A stretch of 32,000 bases of DNA, from NCBI RefSeq assembly GCF_000412335.2, contig NZ_KE161030.1:4692128-4724127 (forward strand), written 5' to 3'. Each line of letters begins with the position of its first letter. Positions within the stretch are counted from its first letter, which is position 1. The stretch is from Cedecea davisae DSM 4568. Lineage in GTDB: Bacteria > Pseudomonadota > Gammaproteobacteria > Enterobacterales > Enterobacteriaceae. The position numbers were made by a program, and so were the translations under genes. Positions 20,531 to 32,000 of this stretch are shown piece after piece. The notes beneath the pieces were generated by a model that searched no databases, had not been told where the DNA came from, and saw only the letters and a list, made by a program, of their open reading frames with translations.

Positions 20531-20989
20531 TTACTGGCGGCCAGAATGGCCAAAGCCGCCTTCGCCACGGTCGCTGGCATCAAAATCTTCGACCAGATTA
20601 AATTCTGCCTGTACCACAGGTACAAAGACCATTTGCGCGATGCGCTCGCCAGGCTGGATGGTGAAGCTGTTCTGGCCACGGTTCCACACGGAAACCATCA
20701 ACTGCCCCTGATAATCGGAGTCGATTAAACCCACCAGGTTGCCCAGCACAACGCCATGTTTATGACCCAGGCCTGAACGCGGGAGAATCACCGCCGCCAG
20801 GGATGCATCGGCAATGTGAATAGCCAGGCCGGTAGGCAGCAGCGTTGTGGCACCTGGAGCCAACTCTACGGCGTCATCTAAACAGGCGCGCAGGTCAAGA
20901 CCGGCTGAACCGGAGGTGGCGTAGGTCGGCAGCGGAAATTGTTGGCCAACGCGCGGGTCCAGAATTTTAACGTCGATTTTTTTCATCAT
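20531..20989 (-). CDS. dut: dUTP diphosphatase
   Basis: [36 protein letters not shown].., 152 aa. The start is set at the conserved MMKK. The track's upstream extension to 21136 runs inside coaBC. Confidence 0.94.
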   Translation of the reverse strand: MMKKIDVKILDPRVGQQFPLPTYATSGSAGLDLRACLDDAVELAPGATTLLPTGLAIHIADASLAAVILPRSGLGHKHGVVLGNLVGLIDSDYQGQLMVSVWNRGQNSFTIQPGERIAQMVFVPVVQAEFNLVEDFDASDRGEGGFGHSGRQ

Positions 20990-22181
20990 AGCGGGTAACG
21001 ATCTCGTCCAGTAAAAGGTGGCCAAGGAGCTCTTTACGCTCAAGCGGTAAGACTTTATCTCCATCCTGCCAGAAAAGGTGTAATGCATTGCTGTCGCTGT
21101 TAAACCCCTGATTTTGCTTAGATACGTCATTAGCACAGATCAGGTCGAGGTTTTTAGCAGCGCGCTTTTTCCGGGCGTATTCTTCCACATTATTTGTTTC
21201 GGCGGCAAACCCTACAACATAGGGGCGACCTTCTGAAAGTGCGGCAACGCCGGCAACCACATCCGGGTTTTTCACCATTTTTAGAGTAATTTCATCACCT
21301 TGCTTTTTGATTTTCTCGTCAGCAACGGTGGCTGCCCTATAATCGGCAACGGCCGCACAGCCGATAAAAATCTGCTGGCTTGTGGCCTGCCGTTGTACGG
21401 CTTCGTTCATTTCCAGCGCGGTTGTTACATCTACCCGATTTACCCCGGCAGGCGTTGGCAAAGTTACCGGCCCGGCAACTAAAGTCACGTTTGCTCCGCG
21501 GGCGGCTGCGGCTGCGGCGATAGCAAAGCCCATTTTACCGGAGCTGTCATTGGTAATGTACCGAACGGGATCCAACCGCTCGCGAGTGGGGCCGGCGGTA
21601 ATCATGACGTTCAGATGTTGCAGATCTTTGACTACCGAGAAATGCTCCACTGCCATGTCGACGAGTATTAACGGGTCCAGCATACGCCCCGGGCCGATGT
21701 CGCCGCACGCCTGGCTGCCGCTATCCGGCCCCCAAATCAGCAGGCCACGAGAGCCGAGTACGCCAAGATTATGTTGGGTTGCCGCTGCCCGGTACATTTG
21801 CTGGTTCATGGCGGGAACGACCGCAACCGGTGCCGCAGTAGCAAGGCAGATGGTGCTGACCAGGTCGTTTGCCATCCCTGCTGCGATGCGGGCAATCAGG
21901 TCTGCGGTGGCGGGAGCAATAATGACTAAATCAGCCCATTTTCCCAGTTCGATGTGGCCCATTGCCGCTTCGGCAGCCGGGTCAAGCAGGCTGTCCGACA
22001 CCGGATACCCGGAGACGGCCTGTAAGCTTAATGGTGTGATAAAGGCCTTCGCCGCCTCGGTCATTACCACTCGTACATCCGCTCCGCGATCGCGCAGACG
22101 ACGCACCAGCTCAGGTGTTTTGTAAGCAGCAATACCGCCGCTGACACCAAGAACAATTTTCTTGCCGGAAAGCCCCATCAT
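20967..22181 (-). CDS. coaBC: Bifunctional phosphopantothenoylcysteine decarboxylase / synthetase
   Basis: 404 aa. ..[33 protein letters not shown].. through ..[12 protein letters not shown]. The 3' end overlaps the dut start by 23 nt. Confidence 0.94.
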   Translation of the reverse strand: MMGLSGKKIVLGVSGGIAAYKTPELVRRLRDRGADVRVVMTEAAKAFITPLSLQAVSGYPVSDSLLDPAAEAAMGHIELGKWADLVIIAPATADLIARIAAGMANDLVSTICLATAAPVAVVPAMNQQMYRAAATQHNLGVLGSRGLLIWGPDSGSQACGDIGPGRMLDPLILVDMAVEHFSVVKDLQHLNVMITAGPTRERLDPVRYITNDSSGKMGFAIAAAAAARGANVTLVAGPVTLPTPAGVNRVDVTTALEMNEAVQRQATSQQIFIGCAAVADYRAATVADEKIKKQGDEITLKMVKNPDVVAGVAALSEGRPYVVGFAAETNNVEEYARKKRAAKNLDLICANDVSKQNQGFNSDSNALHLFWQDGDKVLPLERKELLGHLLLDEIVTRYDEKNRR

Positions 22182-22342
22182 GATTTTTATCCGTTGGAAG
22201 TCACAGTCAGGAGGCTATTTTATCACAATCCCCGGCAGGGGACTTTTTGCTGTTTGCGAGGCATTACGCAAGACAGTAATCCGGAATCGCCCGATAAGAA
22301 AAAACGTCGCACTATAGCGTGGGTAAGCCAGGAGGGGATGCC

Positions 22343-23020
22343 ATGAAAGGGAATAATGCTATTGAAAAATCGACGTTGCCGCGTGAAAAGTTGCTGAAGT
22401 TTGGCGTCAGTTCGCTAACCGATACCGAACTGTTGGCGCTATTTTTACGAACCGGGTGCCGGGGGATGCACGTTCTGGTTTTTGCCAACATGTTATTGCG
22501 TGAGTTTGGTTCACTGCATCGCCTACTGTCAGCCGACTTTTCTCATTTCGAAAAAGTGAACGGAATCGGTGTTGCAAAATATACCCAACTGAATGCAATA
22601 GCCGAGCTGGCAAGGCGCTATTACTCTTCTCAGGGAGTGAGTGAGCTTTCTCTGCTCAACCCTGGGAAGGTGCGCGAATACATCCAAAGCCAGATAATGA
22701 CCGAAGAACGAGAGGTTTTTCTGGTGTTGTTTCTGAATAATCAGCATCAGGCCATCAAATGTGAGCGCCTTTTTGCCGGTACGCTGGGGCACGTTGAGGT
22801 TCATCCGCGACAAATTGTGCGCGAAGCGATGAAATGTAACGCCGCAGCTATTATACTGGCGCACAACCACCCTTCAGGTAAGGCTGAGCCGAGCAAAGCC
22901 GACCGGGCCATAACAGAGCGTATCGTTAAAGTCTGCCTGTTTATGGAGATTCAGGTGCTTGATCATCTGGTTATTGGCCATGGAGAGTACGTTTCTTTCG
23001 CTGAGCGAGGGTGGATTTAG
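22343..23020 (+). CDS. yicR: RadC-like JAB-domain protein YicR
   Basis: [38 protein letters not shown].. with the JAMM motif HNHPSG. GGAGGGG lies 5 nt upstream of ATG 22343. The track start at 22319 is an in-frame GTG. Confidence 0.88.
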   Translation: MKGNNAIEKSTLPREKLLKFGVSSLTDTELLALFLRTGCRGMHVLVFANMLLREFGSLHRLLSADFSHFEKVNGIGVAKYTQLNAIAELARRYYSSQGVSELSLLNPGKVREYIQSQIMTEEREVFLVLFLNNQHQAIKCERLFAGTLGHVEVHPRQIVREAMKCNAAAIILAHNHPSGKAEPSKADRAITERIVKVCLFMEIQVLDHLVIGHGEYVSFAERGWI

Positions 23021-23032
23021 GCCAATGAGCGC

Positions 23033-23053
23033 GATCCATAGGGATCTTTGTCT
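23033..23053 (+). terminator. Weak stem-loop plus T-rich tract after yicR
   Basis: gatcc / ggatc 5-bp stem, 4-nt loop, then tttgtctgtt. Short stem, so low confidence. Confidence 0.25.
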
Positions 23054-23062
23054 GTTCGGGAC

Positions 23063-23091
23063 TTGAGCACATGCCTCACACAGCGTATACT
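23063..23091 (+). promoter_or_regulatory. Candidate sigma70 promoter of rpmB-rpmG
   Basis: TTGAGC (23063-23068), N17, TATACT (23086-23091). It predicts a leader of about 135 nt before rpmB. Confidence 0.55.
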
Positions 23092-23125
23092 ACGCCACCT
23101 TTGAGAATCTCGGGTTTGGCATTAT

Positions 23126-23187
23126 GCGCCTGGCACTGTGGTTCACATTGAACCGCCAGGGACCAGGCTTGCAGCCTGACGAGGCGC
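23126..23187 (+). promoter_or_regulatory. Structured 5' leader of rpmBG (nested helices)
   Basis: Hairpin ggttca-cat-tgaacc (23140-23154) is enclosed by cctggc/gccagg (23129-34 / 23155-60). A second hairpin caggc-ttgca-gcctg lies at 23164-23178. A possible closing helix is gcgcc/ggcgc (23126-30 / 23183-87). Confidence 0.4.
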
Positions 23188-23213
23188 CTAACCCTATACG
23201 AAGCTCGAGCTAA

Positions 23214-23471
<258 letters not shown>

Positions 23472-23488
23472 GTACTTAGAGGAAATAA

Positions 23489-23659
<171 letters not shown>

Positions 23660-23679
23660 TTCTGGTAACTTTGTTGAAG

Positions 23680-23705
23680 AAACCCGGCTCAGGCCGGGTT
23701 TTTTT
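23680..23705 (+). terminator. Rho-independent terminator of rpmBG
   Basis: aaacccggc / gccgggttt stem, loop tcag, and a T7 run 21 nt after the rpmG stop. Confidence 0.88.
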
Positions 23706-23727
23706 ATGCCTGTTTCCCGGAGGAGCG

Positions 23728-24537
23728 ATGCCTGAATTACCAGAGGTTGAAACCAGCCGCCGCGGTATTGAACCGCATCTGGTCGGCCAAACGATTTTGC
23801 ATGCCGTGGTACGCAATTCACGTTTGCGTTGGCCGGTATCCGATGAAATTCATGCCCTGAGCGATAAGCCGGTGCTGAGCGTACAGCGTCGGGCAAAGTA
23901 TTTACTGCTGGAACTGCCGGACGGCTGGATAATCATCCATCTTGGTATGTCCGGTAGCCTGAGGATCCTTCAGGACGAGCTTCCCGCAGAGAAGCACGAT
24001 CATGTTGATCTGGTTATGAGTAACGGCAAAGTTCTGCGCTATACAGATCCGCGCCGTTTCGGGGCGTGGTTATGGGCTAAAGAGCTTGAGGGCAGTAATG
24101 TTCTGTCTCATCTTGGGCCAGAACCGCTGAGCGATGAATTTAACGCTGATTACCTGCGTGAGAAATCGGCGAAAAAGAAAACGGCGATCAAACCGTGGTT
24201 AATGGATAACAAACTTGTGGTTGGCGTGGGGAATATCTATGCCAGCGAGTCGCTGTTTGCCGCCGGGATCCACCCTGACAGGGCAGCAAATTCACTCTCG
24301 AAACGTGAGTCTGAAATTTTAGTCGCGACGATCAAAGCGGTACTGCTGCGTTCAATTGAGCAGGGCGGGACAACGCTAAAAGACTTTCTTCAGTCTGATG
24401 GTAAACCGGGATACTTTGCGCAGGAACTGCAAGTTTATGGTCGGGCAGGTGAACCGTGCCGGGTATGTGGTGCGCCGATTGTTGCCGGTAAGCACGGGCA
24501 GCGCAGCACTTATTATTGCCGTCGCTGCCAGCGGTAA
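23728..24537 (+). CDS. mutM: Formamidopyrimidine-DNA glycosylase (Fpg)
   Basis: [20 protein letters not shown].. has the catalytic N-terminal Pro, and a C-terminal zinc finger [23 protein letters not shown] lies upstream. The track start at 23671 is a spurious extension across the rpmG terminator. Confidence 0.95.
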   Translation: MPELPEVETSRRGIEPHLVGQTILHAVVRNSRLRWPVSDEIHALSDKPVLSVQRRAKYLLLELPDGWIIIHLGMSGSLRILQDELPAEKHDHVDLVMSNGKVLRYTDPRRFGAWLWAKELEGSNVLSHLGPEPLSDEFNADYLREKSAKKKTAIKPWLMDNKLVVGVGNIYASESLFAAGIHPDRAANSLSKRESEILVATIKAVLLRSIEQGGTTLKDFLQSDGKPGYFAQELQVYGRAGEPCRVCGAPIVAGKHGQRSTYYCRRCQR

Positions 24538-26303
<1,766 letters not shown>

Positions 26304-26602
26304 AGGACATGACTGACATTATGAATGTGCTGGGGATTCTATGTATTTAACCTGAGCTTTGCCATTACTTTTCCCCTATTTGGCTTAAAAGCTATGCGCA
26401 TTGCACCGGGATGGTGCGCACCCGGGTTTTCGCTTTCTGCTTAGGTTAGCTATAAAGGGGCTAAAATTGACCGGAAATAGCCTTTCGTCATGATGTACAC
26501 GTAACAATATTTCTATTCTTATCATGTTGTTATGCTTAGGGATATTCGTTTCGGAATGGCCGGGAATAAGTGATACACTAGATATAAAAATGAACACGTT
26601 GT

Positions 26603-26641
26603 CAGTGGACAGGTAGCTGTTGAGCCTGGGGCGGTAGCGTG
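26603..26641 (+). promoter_or_regulatory. JUMPStart element containing the ops (RfaH-loading) site
   Basis: cagtggacaggtagctgttgagcctggggcggtagcgtg. The 3' 12 nt GGCGGTAGCGTG (26630-26641) is a perfect match to the ops consensus. It lies 41 nt upstream of the waaQ start. Confidence 0.9.
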
Positions 26642-26681
26642 TTTTTTTGTTTTTCAGTATTGCTGATATTAAGAGCCGACG

Positions 26682-27752
26682 GTGAATACGACATTTAAAA
26701 GAATTCTGGTGATAAAAATGCGCTTTCACGGCGATATGTTGCTGACAACGCCCGTGATCGGTACCCTCAAGCGCAACTATCCTGAAGCAAAAATAGATGT
26801 CCTGCAGTATCAGGATACGATTCCGATTCTTTCTGGAAACCCAGAAATCAATGCAAGTTACGGTATAAGCAACAAAGGCGTAAAGACCGGAAAGAAAATC
26901 AGTAATTTCCTCTCGCTGATAAGCCGCCTGCGAAAGAACCAATATGATCTGATAGTAAACCTGACCGATCAGTGGAGCGTGGCAATGATGGTTCGTTGCC
27001 TTGGCCCGGCGGTAAAAATTTCCCAGGATTACGATCATCGGCAATCATCGTTCTGGAAAAATAGCTTCACCCATCTTGCTCCTGTTGTTGGCGATCATGT
27101 GGTTGAAGCCAGTCTTTCCGTTCTGGCTCCTTTGGGCATTACCGATTTCTGTACCGAAACGACCCTGTTTTATGCCCCGGCGGACTGGCAGAAGATTCGT
27201 GGAATGCTGGATGAGCAAGGTGTCAGAGATAACTATGTTGTCATCCAGCCGACTGCCCGGCAGCTGTTTAAATGCTGGGATAACGACAAGTTTTCACGGG
27301 TTATTGATTTCTTGCAGGATAAGGGGTTTCCAGTTGTATTGACTTCCGGCCCAGGCGCTGCCGACCTTGCCTGCGTTAACGAAATTGCACAGGGTTGCCA
27401 GCGCCCCCCGATTGTGGCGCTCGCCGGCAAGACGAGTTTCCCCGAGTTGGGCGCATTAATCGATCATGCGGCATTGTTCATCGGCGTTGACTCTGCTCCC
27501 GGGCATATTGCTGCTGCGGTGAAAACGCCGGTAATTAGCCTGTTTGGCGCAACGGATCATATTTACTGGCGTCCATGGACCGAGCAGATTACCCAGTTCT
27601 GGGCGGGTAACTATCAACCGATGCCCCCTCGAGCTCAGCTCGATCGGAATAAAAAATACATGTCGGTTATCCCCGCAGAGGATGTGATTGCCGCCGTTTC
27701 AAAAATGCTCCCCGTAACTGAGGCAGAGCCACAAACTGGCGGAACACTATGA
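26682..27752 (+). CDS. waaQ: LPS heptosyltransferase III (GT9)
   Basis: ..RILVIKMRFHGDMLLTTPVIGTLKRNYPEAKIDVLQYQDTIPIL.. is collinear with E. coli WaaQ. A GTG start at 26682 is needed to include the conserved ILVIK motif (the next ATG, at 26718, would remove it). The exact start is uncertain. Confidence 0.85.
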   Translation: MNTTFKRILVIKMRFHGDMLLTTPVIGTLKRNYPEAKIDVLQYQDTIPILSGNPEINASYGISNKGVKTGKKISNFLSLISRLRKNQYDLIVNLTDQWSVAMMVRCLGPAVKISQDYDHRQSSFWKNSFTHLAPVVGDHVVEASLSVLAPLGITDFCTETTLFYAPADWQKIRGMLDEQGVRDNYVVIQPTARQLFKCWDNDKFSRVIDFLQDKGFPVVLTSGPGAADLACVNEIAQGCQRPPIVALAGKTSFPELGALIDHAALFIGVDSAPGHIAAAVKTPVISLFGATDHIYWRPWTEQITQFWAGNYQPMPPRAQLDRNKKYMSVIPAEDVIAAVSKMLPVTEAEPQTGGTL

Positions 27753-28873
27753 CCGTTGCTTTTTGCCTGTATAAATATTTTCCCTTTGGTGGCCTGCAGC
27801 GGGACTTCATGCGTATTGCGCAGGCGGTTGCAGCGCGTGGTCATGTTGTTCGCGTTTACGTGCAGTCCTGGCAAGGGGATAAGCCTGAAGAATTTGAGAT
27901 TATTACCGTCCCGGTTCGCTCGAAGACAAACCATGGCCGAAATGCCGAATATTATCAGTGGGTGAAGGCGCATCTAAGCCAGCATCCGGTCGCGCGGGTG
28001 GTTGGCTTTAATAAAATGCCGGGCCTGGATGTTTATTACGCCGCCGACGTTTGTTACGCCGAGAAAGTGGCAAAAGAAAAAGGTTTCTTTTACCGCCTGA
28101 CTTCCCGCTATCGACACTATGCGGAGTTCGAACGAGCCACATTCGAGCAGGGAAAACCGACAAAACTGCTTATGCTGACGGATAAGCAAATCGCTGACTT
28201 TGAAAAACACTACGGCACGGAATCCTCCCGTTTCCTGATCCTTCCTCCCGGCATCTATCCCGATCGTAGATTCGATAACCATCAGCCAGGAAGCCGGGAT
28301 CGTTATCGGGAAAAAAATGAGATTGGCGCAGAGGACTACCTTGTATTGCAGGTAGGTTCCGATTTTTCGCGTAAAGGGGTCGATCGCTCTATTGAGGCGC
28401 TTGCTGCTTTGCCAGAAGCCATTCGCAACAGGACCACGTTATTTGTCGTCGGCCAGGATAAACCTGGGCGCTTTAAGGCATTAGCGCAAAAACGTGGCGT
28501 GGAAAACCGGGTTCGTTTCTTTTCCGGGCGAAATGACGTCTCTGAACTGATGATTGCCGCCGACTTGCTTATCCACCCTGCCTATCAGGAGGCGGCCGGG
28601 ATTGTGCTGCTCGAGGCTATTGCAGCCGGATTGCCTATCCTTGTGACGGAGGTTTGCGGCTACGCGCATTATATTGCGGATGCAAAATGCGGCAGGGTAA
28701 TTGCCGAGCCGTTTAATCAAAAGTCGCTAAATGAGGCTTTATCTGGCGCTCTGACGAACACAGAGCAGCGCCAACTTTGGGCCGAACATGCCCGTCATTA
28801 CGCCTGCACCCAGGACATTTATAGCCTGGCAGAAAAAGCAGCTGACATTATTGTGGGGGAGCCGCGTGGTTGA
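27749..28873 (+). CDS. waaG: LPS core alpha-1,3-glucosyltransferase I (GT4)
   Basis: 374 aa. [32 protein letters not shown].. is near-collinear with E. coli WaaG. ATGA overlap with waaQ. Confidence 0.94.
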   Translation: MTVAFCLYKYFPFGGLQRDFMRIAQAVAARGHVVRVYVQSWQGDKPEEFEIITVPVRSKTNHGRNAEYYQWVKAHLSQHPVARVVGFNKMPGLDVYYAADVCYAEKVAKEKGFFYRLTSRYRHYAEFERATFEQGKPTKLLMLTDKQIADFEKHYGTESSRFLILPPGIYPDRRFDNHQPGSRDRYREKNEIGAEDYLVLQVGSDFSRKGVDRSIEALAALPEAIRNRTTLFVVGQDKPGRFKALAQKRGVENRVRFFSGRNDVSELMIAADLLIHPAYQEAAGIVLLEAIAAGLPILVTEVCGYAHYIADAKCGRVIAEPFNQKSLNEALSGALTNTEQRQLWAEHARHYACTQDIYSLAEKAADIIVGEPRG

Positions 28874-29663
28874 TTTAAAAGAGCCTTTTGCCTCCCTTTG
28901 GCGGGGTAAGGATGTTTTTGCTGAAGTTAAAAAGCTTCAGGGTGAGGTTTTTCGCGAGCTGGAAACCCGGCGCACGCTTCGCTTCGAAGCCGCAGGAAAG
29001 AGCTATTTCCTGAAATGGCACCAGGGCACTGCCTTTAAAGAAGTCGTAAAAAACCTTATTTCATTCCGTATGCCGGTCCTGGGTGCCGACCGTGAATGGA
29101 AGGCTATTCATCGCCTGAAGGCGCTGGATGTGGACACCATGCAGGGCGTTGGATTTGGTGAAAAAGGGCTGAATCCAATCAATAAAACGTCATTTATCAT
29201 TACCGAAGATCTGACCCCAACAATTAGCCTCGAAGATTACTGCGCCGACTGGGCAACTAACCCGCCTGATGTGAAAGTGAAGCGGATGCTGATCGGGCGT
29301 GTTGCCGCTATGGTGCGCAAAATGCACGGCGGCGGCGTGAACCATCGTGATTGCTACATTTGCCACTTTTTATTGCATCTGCCGTTTGATGGTCAGGAAA
29401 GCGACTTAAAGATTTCGGTAATTGACCTGCATCGCGCGCAGATTCGTTCAAAAGCTCCTCTCCGTTGGCGGGACAAGGATCTCATCGGACTTTACTTCTC
29501 ATCGATGAATATTGGGCTGACTCAGCGGGATATTTGGCGGTTTATGAGAGTTTATTTTGATCGTCCGCTCAGGGAAATCGTCTCTCAGGAGTCCGCTTTA
29601 TTGGCCAGAGCTGAGGCTAAAGCGGAAAAAATCCGTGAACGTACACAGCGTAAATCTCTTTAA
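28866..29663 (+). CDS. waaP: LPS core heptose(I) kinase
   Basis: A GTG start gives (M)[40 protein letters not shown].., 265 aa, matching the E. coli WaaP length and N-terminus. It overlaps the waaG stop by 8 nt. The track's ATG at 28788 would add 26 residues inside waaG. Confidence 0.9.
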   Translation: MVDLKEPFASLWRGKDVFAEVKKLQGEVFRELETRRTLRFEAAGKSYFLKWHQGTAFKEVVKNLISFRMPVLGADREWKAIHRLKALDVDTMQGVGFGEKGLNPINKTSFIITEDLTPTISLEDYCADWATNPPDVKVKRMLIGRVAAMVRKMHGGGVNHRDCYICHFLLHLPFDGQESDLKISVIDLHRAQIRSKAPLRWRDKDLIGLYFSSMNIGLTQRDIWRFMRVYFDRPLREIVSQESALLARAEAKAEKIRERTQRKSL

Positions 29664-29683
29664 TTTATTGATATAGAATCCTC

Positions 29684-30757
29684 ATGAAAATAGCGTTCGT
29701 CGGTGAGTCCGTTTCCGGGTTTGGCGGAATGGAAACGGTAATTAAAGATGTTATCGGTGCTTTTCAAAATAAAGCTCAGCCTGATGATTGCAGCATGTTT
29801 TTCTTTTGCCGTAATGACAAAATGGACAAACAATGGCTGCAGGGTGTGGACGTTTCTTATTCTTTTAGCAGCCAGAAAATATCATTTTTGCGCAAGCTAA
29901 AGCATGTTTATGCATTTAGCCAATGGGTAAAGGAAAACCGACCAGAAGTGGTGATTTGCATCGATGTGCTTTCCTGCTTACTGGTGAACAAAGCCAGAAA
30001 AAAAGCGGGCGTGAAGTTTAAAATTTATTCCTGGCCGCATTTCTCGCTGGATCACAAAAAGCATGCTGAATGTATCATTTATGCTGATCGTCATTTAGCC
30101 ATCAGTTCCGGTATCAAAAGACAAATGCAGGCACGAGGAGTTCCGGAATCGGCCATTAGTCTGGTGTATAACCCCGTAAGCCGGAAGTCAGAAATCATCC
30201 CCGCTCCGGCTAAAGGGGAAGTGGCAATCTTTCTCTATGTCGGACGCATGAAATTTGAAGGGCAAAAGAGAATCAAAGATTTACTCGACGGTTTGGCAAA
30301 CACTACCGGGCCATGGCAGTTGCATGTAATTGGTGACGGGTCCGATTTTGCAAAGTGTCAGGAATACGGTAAGCAGTTGAATATTGATGCCAATATTACC
30401 TGGCATGGCTGGCAACCCGATCCATGGGGGCTGGTTAAAAATCAAATAAAATCAGTAACTGCACTGCTGCTTACCTCATCGTTTGAGGGGTTTGGCATGG
30501 TATTACTTGAGGCAATGTCTTACGGTATTCCGTGTATCAGCTCTGATTGTGTTGCGGGGCCAGAAGATATTATTCAGAATGGCATCAATGGCTATCTCTA
30601 TAATCCTTCGAAAATTAATGACTTTGTTGATTTATTAAATAAGGCCATATCAGGTGATATAAATATTAACCACCAAAATATTCCTTTGACGATATCTCAT
30701 TTTTATAATGAACTTTATTTTGAGAGAATGAGTTCAACCATATTTTCTGAAAATTGA
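29684..30757 (+). CDS. waaB: LPS outer-core alpha-1,6-galactosyltransferase-like GT4 enzyme
   Basis: MKIAFVGESVSGFGGMETVIKDVI..FFFCRNDKMDK..WPHFSLDHKKHAECI..LLTSSFEGFGMVLLEAMSYGIPCISSDC is collinear with remembered E. coli/Salmonella WaaB. Sugar specificity is inferred, not shown. Confidence 0.8.
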   Translation: MKIAFVGESVSGFGGMETVIKDVIGAFQNKAQPDDCSMFFFCRNDKMDKQWLQGVDVSYSFSSQKISFLRKLKHVYAFSQWVKENRPEVVICIDVLSCLLVNKARKKAGVKFKIYSWPHFSLDHKKHAECIIYADRHLAISSGIKRQMQARGVPESAISLVYNPVSRKSEIIPAPAKGEVAIFLYVGRMKFEGQKRIKDLLDGLANTTGPWQLHVIGDGSDFAKCQEYGKQLNIDANITWHGWQPDPWGLVKNQIKSVTALLLTSSFEGFGMVLLEAMSYGIPCISSDCVAGPEDIIQNGINGYLYNPSKINDFVDLLNKAISGDININHQNIPLTISHFYNELYFERMSSTIFSEN

Positions 30758-30764
30758 GTATGTT

Positions 30765-31775
30765 ATGACTTCTACTTATTTAAATATCTCTGATGTGATC
30801 TGCGAGAAAATAGAGCTCGATTTTCAGAGTGATAGTCATCCTGAAGCATTAACTATTGCTTTTGGAACGGATAAGAATTTTTTGCTGGGTTGTGGAGTCG
30901 CAGTTGCTTCCGTGATTATCAGCAACCCTCAACATAAATTCTCATTCCATATTTTCACCGATGAATTCTCTGCGCAAACCAGGGATGATTTTTCTACTTT
31001 AGCTAAAACATATAAAATAAAGATAACTGTTTATGTTATCGATGGTAGCGAATTGAATGGTTTGCCAATAACGAAAAATTGGACTAAGGCTATTTACTAT
31101 CGATTCATTATTTTTGATTATTTTAATGAAAAATGCGAACGAGTACTGTATCTCGACTCTGATATTGTTTGTCAAAATCCTTTAGATGAACTTATTAGGC
31201 TGGATCTGGGGGATAGCATCGCCGCAGTGGTTGCAGATGAGTCGAAAGAATGGTGGGAAAAGCGAGCCAGTCAGCTGCGATGCCCGGCGATCAAGAATGG
31301 TTATTTCAACTCAGGTGTACTGCTGGTTAACCCTGGGCGATGGGCTGAACAGGAAATAACTAAAAAAGCACTGGCATTACTTAACGATCGTGAGGTTCAG
31401 GAGTATATATCTTATCCCGATCAAGATATTCTCAACATTTTACTGGCCGGTGATTTGCTCTTCCTGGATGTAAAGTATAATACACAATTCAGTCTTAACT
31501 ATGAATTGAAAGATAATGTCAGCGTCCCTATTAAATCCGAAACGGTTTTTATTCATTATATAGGGCCAACCAAGCCGTGGCATGCCTGGGGGAATTATGC
31601 ATCAAGTCAGCCTTTTATGGATGCCAAAAAACAGTCGCCATGGGAAGGTAAGAAGCTACTTGAACCTGTAACCGCGACGCAAAGCCGTTATGCAGCCAAG
31701 CATTTCACCAGGCAAAAAAAATACTTTCTTGCTATGGTGTGCTGGGCAAAATATTATTTGTATAAACTTAAATAA
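30765..31775 (+). CDS. GT8 LPS outer-core alpha-1,3-hexosyltransferase (WaaO/WaaI family)
   Basis: 336 aa. ..IAFGTDKNFLLGCGVAVASVI.., YLDSDIVC (DxD), GYFNSGVLLVN and YNTQFSLNYELK..IHYIGPTKPWH are collinear with E. coli WaaO (RfaI). Glucose versus galactose donor cannot be told from the sequence. Confidence 0.8.
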   Translation: MTSTYLNISDVICEKIELDFQSDSHPEALTIAFGTDKNFLLGCGVAVASVIISNPQHKFSFHIFTDEFSAQTRDDFSTLAKTYKIKITVYVIDGSELNGLPITKNWTKAIYYRFIIFDYFNEKCERVLYLDSDIVCQNPLDELIRLDLGDSIAAVVADESKEWWEKRASQLRCPAIKNGYFNSGVLLVNPGRWAEQEITKKALALLNDREVQEYISYPDQDILNILLAGDLLFLDVKYNTQFSLNYELKDNVSVPIKSETVFIHYIGPTKPWHAWGNYASSQPFMDAKKQSPWEGKKLLEPVTATQSRYAAKHFTRQKKYFLAMVCWAKYYLYKLK

Positions 31776-31842
31776 ATTGCTCTAGCGTACAGCAGCGAAA
31801 CGTGAGTTTACTGTTTTTCCGTATTCTTTCTCGCAGGTAAAA

Positions 31843-32000
31843 ATGACCGCATTCAATCAATACATTAATAAAAAAGACTCCTTTAGCTATGGAGCGCAGG
31901 ATATTGAAAGCAGACCTGGTTTTCATATTGCTTATGGCGCTGACGTTAACTATCAGTTAGGTGCTGCAATTTCTATTGCTTCTATTGCTGAGCACAACCG
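31843..32000 (+). CDS. Second GT8 LPS glycosyltransferase (WaaR/WaaJ/WaaT-like), 5' part only
   Basis: Hand translation gives MTAFNQYINKKDSFSYGAQDIESRPGFHIAYGADVNYQLGAAISIASIAEHN.., which repeats the N-terminal GT8 pattern (I/HIAYG.D.N..LG...SI.S) of the preceding gene. Truncated by the window end. Confidence 0.65.
   Translation, partial: MTAFNQYINKKDSFSYGAQDIESRPGFHIAYGADVNYQLGAAISIASIAEHN

Noticed and set aside
26304-26345. A 13-codon plus-strand ORF (MTDIMNVLGILCI) that starts beside the waaA start codon.
   Set aside because: It has no SD, lies within the waaA 5' region, and is too short to separate from noise.
26395-26440. Overlapping short inverted repeats (gcacc/ggtgc, ccggg/cccgg) followed by gtttt in the waaA-waaQ intergenic region.
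   Set aside because: The stems are only 5 bp and offer competing alternatives. No upstream plus-strand gene is present for them to terminate. This is not distinguishable from chance.
26385-27044. A 219-aa minus-strand ORF spanning the waaA-waaQ intergenic region and the 5' end of waaQ.
   Set aside because: It runs through the promoter and JUMPStart region and then antisense to the conserved waaQ N-terminus. The sequence is rich in Ile/Phe/Arg/His with no recognisable fold motif and no SD. It is a chance ORF in AT-rich DNA.

Overview
This window is a conserved, syntenic chromosomal core segment from an Enterobacteriaceae genome. The genus cannot be determined from the sequence alone. All gene calls rest on by-eye comparison of the ORF translations with remembered E. 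coli K-12 proteins; no database search was run.

Gene order:
- typA (3' end), yihX, yihY, dtd, fabY (yiiD)
- an abrupt junction, then yicH(-), xanP(-), gltS, recG(-), trmH(-), spoT(-), rpoZ(-), gmk(-)
- ligB, yicG(-), an orphan 130-aa ORF, yicC(-), rph, pyrE
- slmA(-), dut(-), coaBC(-), radC/yicR, rpmB, rpmG, mutM, coaD(-), waaA(-)
- the RfaH-dependent LPS core operon: waaQ, waaG, waaP, waaB, a GT8 gene (waaO/waaI-like), and a second GT8 gene cut off by the window end

Several ORF-track starts were trimmed to conserved N-termini that have Shine-Dalgarno (SD) support: yihX, dtd, yicH, gltS, ligB, dut, radC, mutM and waaP. rpmG (55 aa) is missing from the track and was added.

I saw no rRNA, tRNA, CRISPR array, IS element, prophage or recognisable defence island. 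I do not see a convincing multi-gene novel system.

Places that deserve a second look:
1. The yicG-yicC interval, where an AT-rich leader, an 18-codon upstream ORF and an uncharacterised 130-aa HTH-like ORF sit where K-12 carries dinD.
2. The fabY|yicH junction, a synteny breakpoint relative to K-12 that fits an oriC-spanning inversion.
3. The signal-peptide-like N-terminus on DNA ligase B.
4. A PurR-box-like operator over the predicted xanP -35 element.
5. The structured rpmBG leader.
6. The AT-rich outer-core glycosyltransferase cassette downstream of a perfect JUMPStart/ops element.
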